Shown here: positions 39,766 through 48,468 of the stretch, in pieces
Layout of the letters: each line of letters opens with the position of its first letter
Numbering within the stretch: the stretch's first letter is position 1
Notes under the pieces: model-generated
The model's database searches: none
Told to the model about the DNA's origin: nothing
The model's input: only the letters and a program-made list of their open reading frames with translations
DNA from: Fibrobacteria bacterium
GTDB lineage: Bacteria; Fibrobacterota; Fibrobacteria; UBA11236
Direction of reading: 5' to 3'
Length of the DNA: 64,000 bases
NCBI GenBank assembly: GCA_043732185.1
Contig: JAYTHY010000050.1
Span: 4,067 to 68,066, forward strand
Position numbers and translations under genes: made by a program

Positions 39766-41303
39766 GGCTGGACTCCCTGCGTGGCGTAAGCCATCACAGA
39801 CGCTTCCGTCCAATCGTTCACGGGCTGTATGCCACTGAGCTCCCCCCGATGCATGACCGCCAAGGAATCACAAACTCCAAACAATTCCGGAAGGTAGGAC
39901 CCAACCCATATCACGGCCTTGCCTCGTTCTGCCCAGGCGGAAATGAGACTGTAGATTTCCGCTTTGGAGGCTACGTCCACACCGCGGGTGGGTTCATCCA
40001 GAAGCCAGACTTCCGTTTCCCCCAATAGCAATCGGCTCAAAGCGACTTTTTGCTGATTGCCTCCGGATAGAGTGCCCACCGGCTGGTCGACTTCATAAAA
40101 CTTAACTTTCATCTGCTGACACAGCTGCGCGACCCGCTTTCCCTCCGCGCCAAACCGAATCAATCCCATCCGGTTCGTTTGGGTGTGCAAATCGGCCAAG
40201 GTAACATTGGCCCTGATGGACAAGTCCATTGCCAGGCCTTCTTCCTTCCTATTCTCACTTAAGAATCCGAGGCCCAATGCCATAGCTCTTTTTGGATTTA
40301 AGGTGCCGGCTCTAAACCGTCCATTGTTGGCAAGAGTCAATGTTCCAGACGTCGCGGCATGCAGCCCAACCAAGCTCCTAAGGAATGTACTGCGACCCGA
40401 TCCCACCAATCCGGCAATGCCTAGAATCTGACCGCCGTGAATGGACAAGGTTACGGAAGGCGCACCTGCATGCACTTGCCAGGCTTCCAAGTCCAAAACC
40501 ACGCTCCCGGATTTCCGCGTGGAGGCAGGGTAAATCTCGTTGACGGGCCTCCCCACCATGGCCTGAATGATTTCATCCACTGGTGTGGAACCGGGTAACC
40601 CAGCGGATACGGTCTCCCCATCGCGGAGGATTGTGATTCTATCCGCGATTTTGGCTACCTCGTCCAAAAAATGGCTGATGTAAACAACCGAAACCCGCTT
40701 GGCCTTGAGCTTGCCGATTACGGTGAAAAGTTTTTCGGAATCTCGGGCGGTTAGGGAACTGGTGGGCTCGTCCATGAGTATCAACCGGCTGTCCAAAAAC
40801 AAAGCTCTGGCGATTTCGACGATTTGACGCTCCGCAACCCCCAGGTTACCTACCCGTTCCTGGGGATCGATTTCACCGAAGCCCAGCCACTCCAAAGTTT
40901 CCCGAACTTTTTCGGATGGATCGAGTACAAAACCAAAACGGGAAATTTCACGTCCTAAAGTGATATTCTCGGCTACAGTCAAATGGTCTGCCAGGGCCAG
41001 CTCCTGATGCACCAGAGAAACACCTAAGTTACCGGCCTCTCGAGGTGAACGGGGATGGTACCCGACTCCCAGGAATTCCATGGAACCGGCATCCGGAGCC
41101 AGCGCACCTCCGAGGATGGCCACCAAGGTGCTTTTACCAGCGCCGTTTTCGCCAATCAGGGCATGGACCTCGCCTTGGGAAATATCCAGATCGACCCCGC
41201 GCAAAGCCTGTGCAACACCGAAGGCCTTTCGAATTCCCCGCAATCGCAACAGAGGTAACATTGGCAACTGAGGCAACGGCAACGGCAGCGGAATATCGGC
41301 CAA
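39762..41303 (-). CDS. Sugar ABC transporter ATP-binding protein (double NBD)
   Basis: GENGAGKST, MDEPT, LSGGNQQKV, LDEPTRGVDV. Confidence 0.95.
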   Translation of the reverse strand: MADIPLPLPLPQLPMLPLLRLRGIRKAFGVAQALRGVDLDISQGEVHALIGENGAGKSTLVAILGGALAPDAGSMEFLGVGYHPRSPREAGNLGVSLVHQELALADHLTVAENITLGREISRFGFVLDPSEKVRETLEWLGFGEIDPQERVGNLGVAERQIVEIARALFLDSRLILMDEPTSSLTARDSEKLFTVIGKLKAKRVSVVYISHFLDEVAKIADRITILRDGETVSAGLPGSTPVDEIIQAMVGRPVNEIYPASTRKSGSVVLDLEAWQVHAGAPSVTLSIHGGQILGIAGLVGSGRSTFLRSLVGLHAATSGTLTLANNGRFRAGTLNPKRAMALGLGFLSENRKEEGLAMDLSIRANVTLADLHTQTNRMGLIRFGAEGKRVAQLCQQMKVKFYEVDQPVGTLSGGNQQKVALSRLLLGETEVWLLDEPTRGVDVASKAEIYSLISAWAERGKAVIWVGSYLPELFGVCDSLAVMHRGELSGIQPVNDWTEASVMAYATQGVQP

Positions 41304-42356
41304 TCATTCCCCCAGCCATTTCTTAAGGTCGGCATGGAGCAAGGCCACCACGTCCGGCTCTTCCAGGTTGGTGGCGAGAATCAAGCGGGCCCCGGTATCC
41401 AGCCGGGCGTCTACCTTTTCCCCGCGCTTGGCAGCCAATGCGGTTTTAACGCCCAGGTAACCCATGCGAAACGGGTCCTGCACTACCAAGCCGGCTACTT
41501 CTCCGGCCTTTAGCGCTTGGAGCAGCGGCTCAGTGGCGTCAAAACCCAACAAATGCACTTTGCCAGCCCGGCCCGCCACCTGCAATGCGCGCAGCATGCC
41601 AAAGGTGGTGGGAGCATTAGGCGTAAACACGCCTTCCACATCCAGAAACTTGTTCAACAAATTCTGCGAAGTCTTGAGGGCGGACTCGGCTGTTACTCCG
41701 GCATATTGATTCGAGGACACCACTTCAACCTTCGGCGCGTACTCTTTGAGACCCTCCAGAAAACCGTTTTCACGATTGCTGTTGCTGGCAGAACCTTCCA
41801 AATATCGCATGACCATCACCTTGCCGGTGGGCTCCTTTGCTTTCCCGGAAGCGGGCCCGCCGCGCGCCTGTAAAAGATCCGCCATCTGCCGGGCTGCCAG
41901 TTTTCCTGCAGCAAAGTTGTCCGTGGCCACGAAGCTGGAAAAAGATTTGGACTTGAGATCGGAATCAATAATGACGACGGGTATTCCGCGTTTCACAGCG
42001 GCTTCCACCGGACGGGCCAATGCCGTCTCATCTAAAGGGGCAATGACGATAGCATCCAATCCCCGGCTGGTGAAATTCTGCACCACTTCGATTTGGCCTT
42101 TGCGATCGTCTTCTTTGGCCGGGCCTTGCCAGATGATGTCGGCGCCTTCCTCTTGACCGGCCTTCATGGCTCCGGCATGCACCGTTTTCCAGAATTCATG
42201 CGTCGTGCCTTTGGGAATGACGGCAACCACTGGCCGAGTAGGTTTTCCAGAACCTGCCGCCTGGACCGAGCCGAGTAAAAACGAAGATATGAGGAACAAT
42301 GCGTTAAAAACCGACTTCTTGATCAAAAAAATCCCCCTGAGAATGTTTAAGGTCAT
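41304..42356 (-). CDS. Sugar ABC transporter substrate-binding protein
   Basis: VIPKGTTHEFW, IPVVIIDS, VATDN, GFD, QDPFRMGY; an alternative TTG start at 42326 is possible. Confidence 0.93.
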   Translation of the reverse strand: MTLNILRGIFLIKKSVFNALFLISSFLLGSVQAAGSGKPTRPVVAVIPKGTTHEFWKTVHAGAMKAGQEEGADIIWQGPAKEDDRKGQIEVVQNFTSRGLDAIVIAPLDETALARPVEAAVKRGIPVVIIDSDLKSKSFSSFVATDNFAAGKLAARQMADLLQARGGPASGKAKEPTGKVMVMRYLEGSASNSNRENGFLEGLKEYAPKVEVVSSNQYAGVTAESALKTSQNLLNKFLDVEGVFTPNAPTTFGMLRALQVAGRAGKVHLLGFDATEPLLQALKAGEVAGLVVQDPFRMGYLGVKTALAAKRGEKVDARLDTGARLILATNLEEPDVVALLHADLKKWLGE

Positions 42357-42385
42357 GGCCTCATGGCCTCATAGCCTCATGGTCT
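42354..42385. repeat. Four imperfect tandem 8-bp units (CATGGCCT) at the ABC operon start
   Basis: CATGGCCT CATGGCCT CATAGCCT CATGGTCT. Confidence 0.8.
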
Positions 42386-42536
42386 AGAGGCCGGGCGGGT
42401 ACCACCAATGCCCTATAAAGTTACAAATTTAGGCCATAAATGTGGGTAACGGGAAGGTCACCCTAGCCTTCCAAAACCCAATTTTACCCGGGCCAATGCA
42501 GGGGGAAAATCGGCCGGTTGGAGTTAGTTTTAGGCA

Positions 42537-44414
42537 GTGGTAACTACAGGAGGCTTCTGGATGCCGGATTTTCTGCCTAGCCTAGCACAATGTGCGTGTC
42601 GCGCTTATCGCCGATTTTACCGTTTGGCCTTTTTATGTTTCGTTTTTGGATTTGGATTTGGAATTGGTTCAAGCACTAGCATTGCTCAACCACAGCAGAT
42701 TCGCATCACCAATCCTGAGGCTGATTCCGTTTTGTTGGGCACTTACAATCCGGCCCGTTATGGCACATCGGTTATGCCAAAAGATATCGGCGGGATTCTC
42801 AAAAACATGGCGACGGAGATTTCTCGGGATTCTCTCGAATCCTACCTAAAGCAAGTCGTAACCTTTTATAACCGGAATACGGGATCCGATACACTTTCCA
42901 ACACACGCGGCATGGGCGCAGCAAGGCGTTGGGCATTCAAAAAATTTCAGGACTTCAGCGCCAAAAACAATGGCAGGATGCTTGTCACCTATCTTCAATT
43001 CAATCAGGCTGTTTGTGGAATGAATCAGCATCGCAATGTATTAGCCGTGTTACCGGGTCAAGACACCAAGAATCACGCCTTGGTCGTTGTGGAAGCACAT
43101 TTGGATACGCGCTGCGAGACCGGCTGCGACATTACCTGCAAATCCGAAGGGGCCGATGACAATGGGGCCGGTGTCGCACTAGTGCTGGAAGCAGCGCGGG
43201 TGCTGAGCAAATACCAATTCCAACACACTTTGGTTTTTATGCTGACCACGGGTGAAGAGCAAGGGCTTTACGGTGGTGCGGCCATGGCCAAATATTCTAA
43301 GGACCATGGCATCAGCATCCGCTCGGTACAGAACAATGATGTGGTTGGCGGTATCGTCTGTGGTCCCACCTCTTCCCCACCCGGCTGTCAAATACCCAAT
43401 AGCATCGACAGCAACCATGTGCGCATTTTTTCCGCCGCCATAAACTTTTCTATGAACAAGGCTCTGGGCCGCTTTATCAAAGGCCAATACGAGCAATGGA
43501 TTAAACCCACTGCCAAGGTTCCCATGGAAATTGTCCTAATGGATCCCATCGACCGCACCGGGCGCGGAGGGGATCATCAGCCCTTCAGCGATTTGGGATA
43601 TGCGGCCATAAGGTTCACGGAGTCTTTTGAATACGGCAATGGCAACAGCAATCCCGAACAAGGACGACAGCACACTGTCTTGGATGTCATCGGCAGAGAT
43701 ACCAATGGAGATGGTGTGTTTGACAGCCTTTTTGTGGATTACAATTATCTGCATCGGAATACCCTCATCAATGCCGTGGGGTTGGTGGGCGCAGCCTCGG
43801 GTCCGCAAGCACCTGAATTCGATACTGCCACAGCAGCAAAAGGATATATTAGCATCAGCCTAAAAACGGCTACTTCCCTACCCGGCATTTATAAAGTGGC
43901 AGTGCGGACAAATTCCAATGATTTTGCCGTGGTGTATACTGTGAGTGACACGGCATCCTTTATTTTGCCAAGCACCAAAACGGGAACAACTTATTATTTA
44001 GCCGTCGCCTCGGTAGATGCAGCCGGTGCGCAAAGTCTCTATTCACAGGAAAAAGCCATACTGGCCAAGGTGGATGGTCCACCCGTTTCTATTTCCGCTT
44101 TCCACCCCCATGATACTCATGGGCATACTGCCTGGCGGCTCTCTCCGACAAGTATTTTTATGGATCACATTTCCTGGACTATTTTAGGAGATTCGAAAAA
44201 ATCCGCGCGTTCACTGGTACTGTGCATTGCCGATGCCAAGGGCCGAACTCTACGGAGTCAAACCTTCCCCTTCCAGGGTGTGGGACAGATTCTAGAAGTA
44301 ACCTTGTATTCCAAGACTATTCCTCCAGGTACCTACCAAGTTACCCTGCAGGCTGACGGGAAGTACGTCTCTGCACAGACATTGAATATTCCCAATCAAA
44401 TCAAAATCCGCTAA
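42537..44414 (+). CDS. Secreted M28 metallopeptidase with T9SS-like CTD
   Basis: AHLD, GADDNGAG, GEEQGL, NNDVVG, GDH; CTD DAKGR...PGTYQV; start uncertain. Confidence 0.9.
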   Translation: MVTTGGFWMPDFLPSLAQCACRAYRRFYRLAFLCFVFGFGFGIGSSTSIAQPQQIRITNPEADSVLLGTYNPARYGTSVMPKDIGGILKNMATEISRDSLESYLKQVVTFYNRNTGSDTLSNTRGMGAARRWAFKKFQDFSAKNNGRMLVTYLQFNQAVCGMNQHRNVLAVLPGQDTKNHALVVVEAHLDTRCETGCDITCKSEGADDNGAGVALVLEAARVLSKYQFQHTLVFMLTTGEEQGLYGGAAMAKYSKDHGISIRSVQNNDVVGGIVCGPTSSPPGCQIPNSIDSNHVRIFSAAINFSMNKALGRFIKGQYEQWIKPTAKVPMEIVLMDPIDRTGRGGDHQPFSDLGYAAIRFTESFEYGNGNSNPEQGRQHTVLDVIGRDTNGDGVFDSLFVDYNYLHRNTLINAVGLVGAASGPQAPEFDTATAAKGYISISLKTATSLPGIYKVAVRTNSNDFAVVYTVSDTASFILPSTKTGTTYYLAVASVDAAGAQSLYSQEKAILAKVDGPPVSISAFHPHDTHGHTAWRLSPTSIFMDHISWTILGDSKKSARSLVLCIADAKGRTLRSQTFPFQGVGQILEVTLYSKTIPPGTYQVTLQADGKYVSAQTLNIPNQIKIR

Positions 44415-44520
44415 AACCCACGGCCCTTACCCCAAGTAAATAAAAATACCCGGATCCAAGGATCCGTGCTAGAATATTTTGCCCGCCTGGCTAGGCTCTG
44501 GCTAGGCTGTAAGGAGAAAT

Positions 44521-47052
44521 ATGCGAATTCATTCCGAAAATATTTTCAATCGATCTCCGTCTATTATTGGTCTTAGTGTGGTCCTTGTAGTTTCCAACCT
44601 ACTCGCAGTGCCACCCGTTAATTTCGCTCGAGGAGCCTTCGGTATTCTCAACTGCGGATCCCAAGAAGGATTGACGCAATTGCCTGATGCCTATTTTGAT
44701 TACCTCCAACGCATGAATATGCAATGGGTTGACATTGGCGTTACCTTGCAGGTGGACAATTCCGTGGACAGCACCGTCGAGCGGTTTTATTCAACGGACT
44801 ATGTGAATTACGTGCCTACTTTCCCGGATGCCAGCATCATCAAAATGGTTCAGCAACTCCATGCCCATGGCTATAAAGTGCTCATCAACCTTTCCTTGGA
44901 CGAGCCTTGGCCGGAAGACGGTTCAGTCAACCCCGCCCTTGTGCCCGGCAAAGCCGCCTGGCGTTATCAAATTGGCGATCCCGCCACGCCAGTCGGTTAC
45001 ACGCTGGCAGAATGGCCCTGGAACCCAGCCAACACCAATCACACGGCTTTTGTAAAATCCTTTTGGGCCAGCTACACGCGTGAGGTCGTCCATTACGCCA
45101 CCCTTTGTGAACAGGAAGGCGTGGAAGTTTTACAAGTCGGCGCTGAAACCCAGGAACTGTTTCGAACCCGTGCCATCGGAACAAAAACCAATCACTTTCG
45201 CACTCAAATCCAAGCCTTGATGGACTCGACTCGCGCCCATTACACCGGTAACGTCGGCTACTATATGCATGCCGGTACTTGGAAAAAGGCCTATCACAAT
45301 GTGGACACTCTGTACCATGAACTCTGGGGCGATGTGGGATTCGATGTCATTGGAGGCAGTATTTACGGCTTGGTAACCCCCAAAACCACGGTGGCCACCA
45401 ACACCTTGGCCTACATGAAGAGCCAATTCACCACTATTTTTAGCACTTATTTTGGACCGGTCGTTCGCAAATACCCAACTAAAACCGTGGCCATTCTCGA
45501 ATGTGGTATTCCTGTGTGGAACAAAACATCGGTTTTTGCGGAACCGGATGGAAGCGTACTCATGAATCGGGAAGATTTGAATTCAAATGGCGTGATAGAT
45601 GCGGAAGAAGTGCAGACAAATATGTTCGACGCCTATTACAGCGTGATCGACAGCTTAGGTTATCCTCAGCCGGGATTCATTTTCGGTGATGAAGCCTCTA
45701 CCGATGCCATTGCACATCTAGGTTCCGCCTACCCTGGATATGGAGTACGAAATCGCAATGCCGAACTCAGCTTGATGCGCCGTTTTCGAAACGTCACTTT
45801 TACATCCGGACAAAATACAGTGCCGCGACTGCTCGCCAAAAGTGATTCCAACTATGTCGCCATCATAGGCCAGGACTTCTCAACCAAACCATTTAGCGCC
45901 GTCGATGATGATACAACCAAAGGGGATATCGTGCGCTATCGGACCCTCTGGTCCAACTACCCCTGGTTCGGCGCCGCGCCCTCGCGCGGGACCGTCACCG
46001 GCATCCCCCAAGACGATGACGCCGGCTGGTGGCAGGCTAAACTGTTCGCCCAGGATATTTATGGAAAAGGCACTGCCGACACAGCTAGTTTCATACTGTG
46101 GGCCATCCACCCCCGTTCCACCGAGGTTACCTCGGTCCCGCCCACCACCATGGTTCCCGGCCAGGCCGTAAATTACCAGGTCAAGGTTGTGGACGGCAGT
46201 GGCGTTCAAATTACCACAGGACTTACTTATACATTGTTGGTCAACCCGTTTTTCCTTTCCGTGAGCAGTACCGGGAAGGTTACGGGAATGCCTACATTTG
46301 CTGTAGCGGGAACAACGCGGGCGGCAGAAGTGAAAATCACCAAAACCACAGCCCCCACGGCAGTGTATTACGATTCCTGGCAAATCCGAGTGGAAAACAC
46401 CAATGACCCACCCACCTGGGGAGGCGACGGCAAATTGCTGGATCCTAAAAATGGCCAAACCTATCCTACCACCACACCCATCCTATTCCGCGTCGGATAC
46501 AGCAATGATCTCAATGACGACACCCTCTCCTATGTCTACCGAATTTTTGGACCCGGATACGATACCACTTTCATCCGTAAATCCGGTGTCATCAGCCGTA
46601 ACGGCTCACAAAAATGGGATACCACCAATATTCGCTTTTCCTTGAATCTGGCGGGACGCTTGACGCCAGGACAGACTTACTCCTGGTATGTCAAGGTTAC
46701 GGATAAAAAGGATACCTTGACCTCTGAGACCTGGACATTCAAGGCCCAAGACGGTGCCACGCCGGTTCAGAGTTTTTCGGGGTTGCCAACTCGATATTCC
46801 CTCGGCCAGGCAAAGTTCAATCCGTACAGTCGGACTTTCACAATTCCCTTCGCTTTGCCAAAAGGCAGCCAAGTCAGCTTGAAATTATTTGATGGACTCG
46901 GAAATCAAGCCGGTGTGCTTTCCAAAGGATATCGGAAAGCTGGATATTATGGCCTAAGCTTTGATGCCAGCCCCTATCGCGGTCAGCTCTATTTCTATAA
47001 GATGGAAGCGGGCGGATTTTCAGCAGTTCGGAAAATGGTCCTGATCAGGTAG
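44521..47052 (+). CDS. Secreted GH113-like TIM-barrel glycoside hydrolase with Ig-like domains and T9SS-like CTD
   Basis: AAGGAG RBS; HAHGYKV, WR..IG, FWASY...VGAE, ILECG; Ig/cadherin-like repeats; CTD LFDGLG...LYFYKM...RKMVLIR. Confidence 0.7.
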   Translation: MRIHSENIFNRSPSIIGLSVVLVVSNLLAVPPVNFARGAFGILNCGSQEGLTQLPDAYFDYLQRMNMQWVDIGVTLQVDNSVDSTVERFYSTDYVNYVPTFPDASIIKMVQQLHAHGYKVLINLSLDEPWPEDGSVNPALVPGKAAWRYQIGDPATPVGYTLAEWPWNPANTNHTAFVKSFWASYTREVVHYATLCEQEGVEVLQVGAETQELFRTRAIGTKTNHFRTQIQALMDSTRAHYTGNVGYYMHAGTWKKAYHNVDTLYHELWGDVGFDVIGGSIYGLVTPKTTVATNTLAYMKSQFTTIFSTYFGPVVRKYPTKTVAILECGIPVWNKTSVFAEPDGSVLMNREDLNSNGVIDAEEVQTNMFDAYYSVIDSLGYPQPGFIFGDEASTDAIAHLGSAYPGYGVRNRNAELSLMRRFRNVTFTSGQNTVPRLLAKSDSNYVAIIGQDFSTKPFSAVDDDTTKGDIVRYRTLWSNYPWFGAAPSRGTVTGIPQDDDAGWWQAKLFAQDIYGKGTADTASFILWAIHPRSTEVTSVPPTTMVPGQAVNYQVKVVDGSGVQITTGLTYTLLVNPFFLSVSSTGKVTGMPTFAVAGTTRAAEVKITKTTAPTAVYYDSWQIRVENTNDPPTWGGDGKLLDPKNGQTYPTTTPILFRVGYSNDLNDDTLSYVYRIFGPGYDTTFIRKSGVISRNGSQKWDTTNIRFSLNLAGRLTPGQTYSWYVKVTDKKDTLTSETWTFKAQDGATPVQSFSGLPTRYSLGQAKFNPYSRTFTIPFALPKGSQVSLKLFDGLGNQAGVLSKGYRKAGYYGLSFDASPYRGQLYFYKMEAGGFSAVRKMVLIR

Positions 47053-47108
47053 GACCATCTAGGCGGCTTGAACCGAGTCGGGGGGTTCGGCCCATTTAGA
47101 GGCTCTCT

Positions 47109-47783
47109 TTACTTCGGAGCCATGCGGAAAATATGGTTCTCGGAACCCTGAACCATGAGGTACACGCCTTCCGGAAAATTGTGTGACGGGATTCGACCTT
47201 GCTGCGATTTACCTGTCCAGACTGGTTTTCCTATCACATTGTAAATGGTCGTGGGTACGGCCACCAATTGCGTAAAAGGAGCCTGCCAGGAAAAAGGCTT
47301 TATCACATAGGTACCTGGACGACAGCCCGCGATAAAAGTTGTGTCCGTTTTAGGATGGAGATCTACATACATGGAAGAAATGCGCATTTCCTCAACGGCT
47401 GGTAGCTTATAAAAAGAAACCAATGGGTCAATCCATGTGACCAAGGAAAAAGGTGTTTTGAGTATCGTGACCGTATCCGTCAATTTAAATCCATAATAAG
47501 CCTTTAGAGAATCGCCTGGTCTAAGATAATGTTTGGCGATGGAAAGCGTGTCGACTTTGATTTCCACATAAAGCAACGGCGTCGTACCCTTGTTGTAATA
47601 GGTAGTGTCCCCGGCATTATAAACATAGACTTGGACTTCTACCGTATCCCATTTGACGTTTTTCCCGCTAAGGAGTTTTGTGCCAAGGGGGGAAACGGCA
47701 AGCTTCAATGTGGCATAGGAAGATTCAAACAGTGCTGCGATAAAAGCGAATACCAAAATGGTTTTGGGAATGCGAAACTTCAT
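47109..47783 (-). CDS. Exported CARDB-like protein with T9SS-like CTD
   Basis: Signal peptide; VYNAG...LRPGDS...WIDP; CTD IYNVIGK...PEGVYL. Confidence 0.6.
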   Translation of the reverse strand: MKFRIPKTILVFAFIAALFESSYATLKLAVSPLGTKLLSGKNVKWDTVEVQVYVYNAGDTTYYNKGTTPLLYVEIKVDTLSIAKHYLRPGDSLKAYYGFKLTDTVTILKTPFSLVTWIDPLVSFYKLPAVEEMRISSMYVDLHPKTDTTFIAGCRPGTYVIKPFSWQAPFTQLVAVPTTIYNVIGKPVWTGKSQQGRIPSHNFPEGVYLMVQGSENHIFRMAPK

Positions 47784-48259
47784 GGGGCCGCCTTGGGCAG
47801 ATTGCCGCAGTTTTTACCGGTGTACAAAGTATCATGAATAGTTTTTCTGTGAAAATTGTAGGTCTTGGTAATAGCATTATTACCGGTACTTGCCACCGGT
47901 TCACCCGACACCCCTGCGGGATCGGCATAGCAAATAATCGAGAACGCCTTCTTCTCGATCAACATCGGAATGTCATAGGAATAGTTAACGCCGGAATTAA
48001 AAACTTGTAAAGAGTCTACGCCGCCGCGCGCCTTCAAAACGCCTTCAATACTGATATCAGCCGAAACCCATGGCGCCTGCGGTTTGGTGGCTCCACCCTT
48101 AGGCGTAATGGTGAAAGACACGCTGACGGAATCCATTTCCAGATTGGAAACCGAGTCGATCATTTTTACAACCAATCCAGATGGAACGACATCCACGGCC
48201 GCAAAGCCGGCGCCACTGAGTATGGCCCCGATGGCCACTACAATTATGAGCTTAATCAT
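47780..48259 (-). CDS. Exported CARDB-like protein without CTD
   Basis: ATG 48259 after a GGGGG RBS; signal peptide; ADP..V.GE....NN CARDB-type ending; ATGA overlap with the next gene. Confidence 0.6.
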   Translation of the reverse strand: MIKLIIVVAIGAILSGAGFAAVDVVPSGLVVKMIDSVSNLEMDSVSVSFTITPKGGATKPQAPWVSADISIEGVLKARGGVDSLQVFNSGVNYSYDIPMLIEKKAFSIICYADPAGVSGEPVASTGNNAITKTYNFHRKTIHDTLYTGKNCGNLPKAAP

Positions 48260-48468
48260 GTTTCCCCCAATCATGAATGGAAACATAATAAAAACGGTTT
48301 GAATACCTACAAAATCCGGGCTGCCTGACCCCGAAGAAGCCTTAAATCCCGTGATTCGAGGCCGTTGGCAATGGCCGGAGAATGAGCAAGTGCACTGAAA
48401 AAAAAATGGTGGTACGCTTTATTTCATGAAAACTTTTTTTGAAAATCCCGTCACAATAGGCCCCTTAT

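Noticed and set aside
44487-44508. 11-bp direct repeat CTGGCTAGGCT x2 before the GH113-like gene RBS
   Set aside because: Only two copies; consistent with a simple local duplication.
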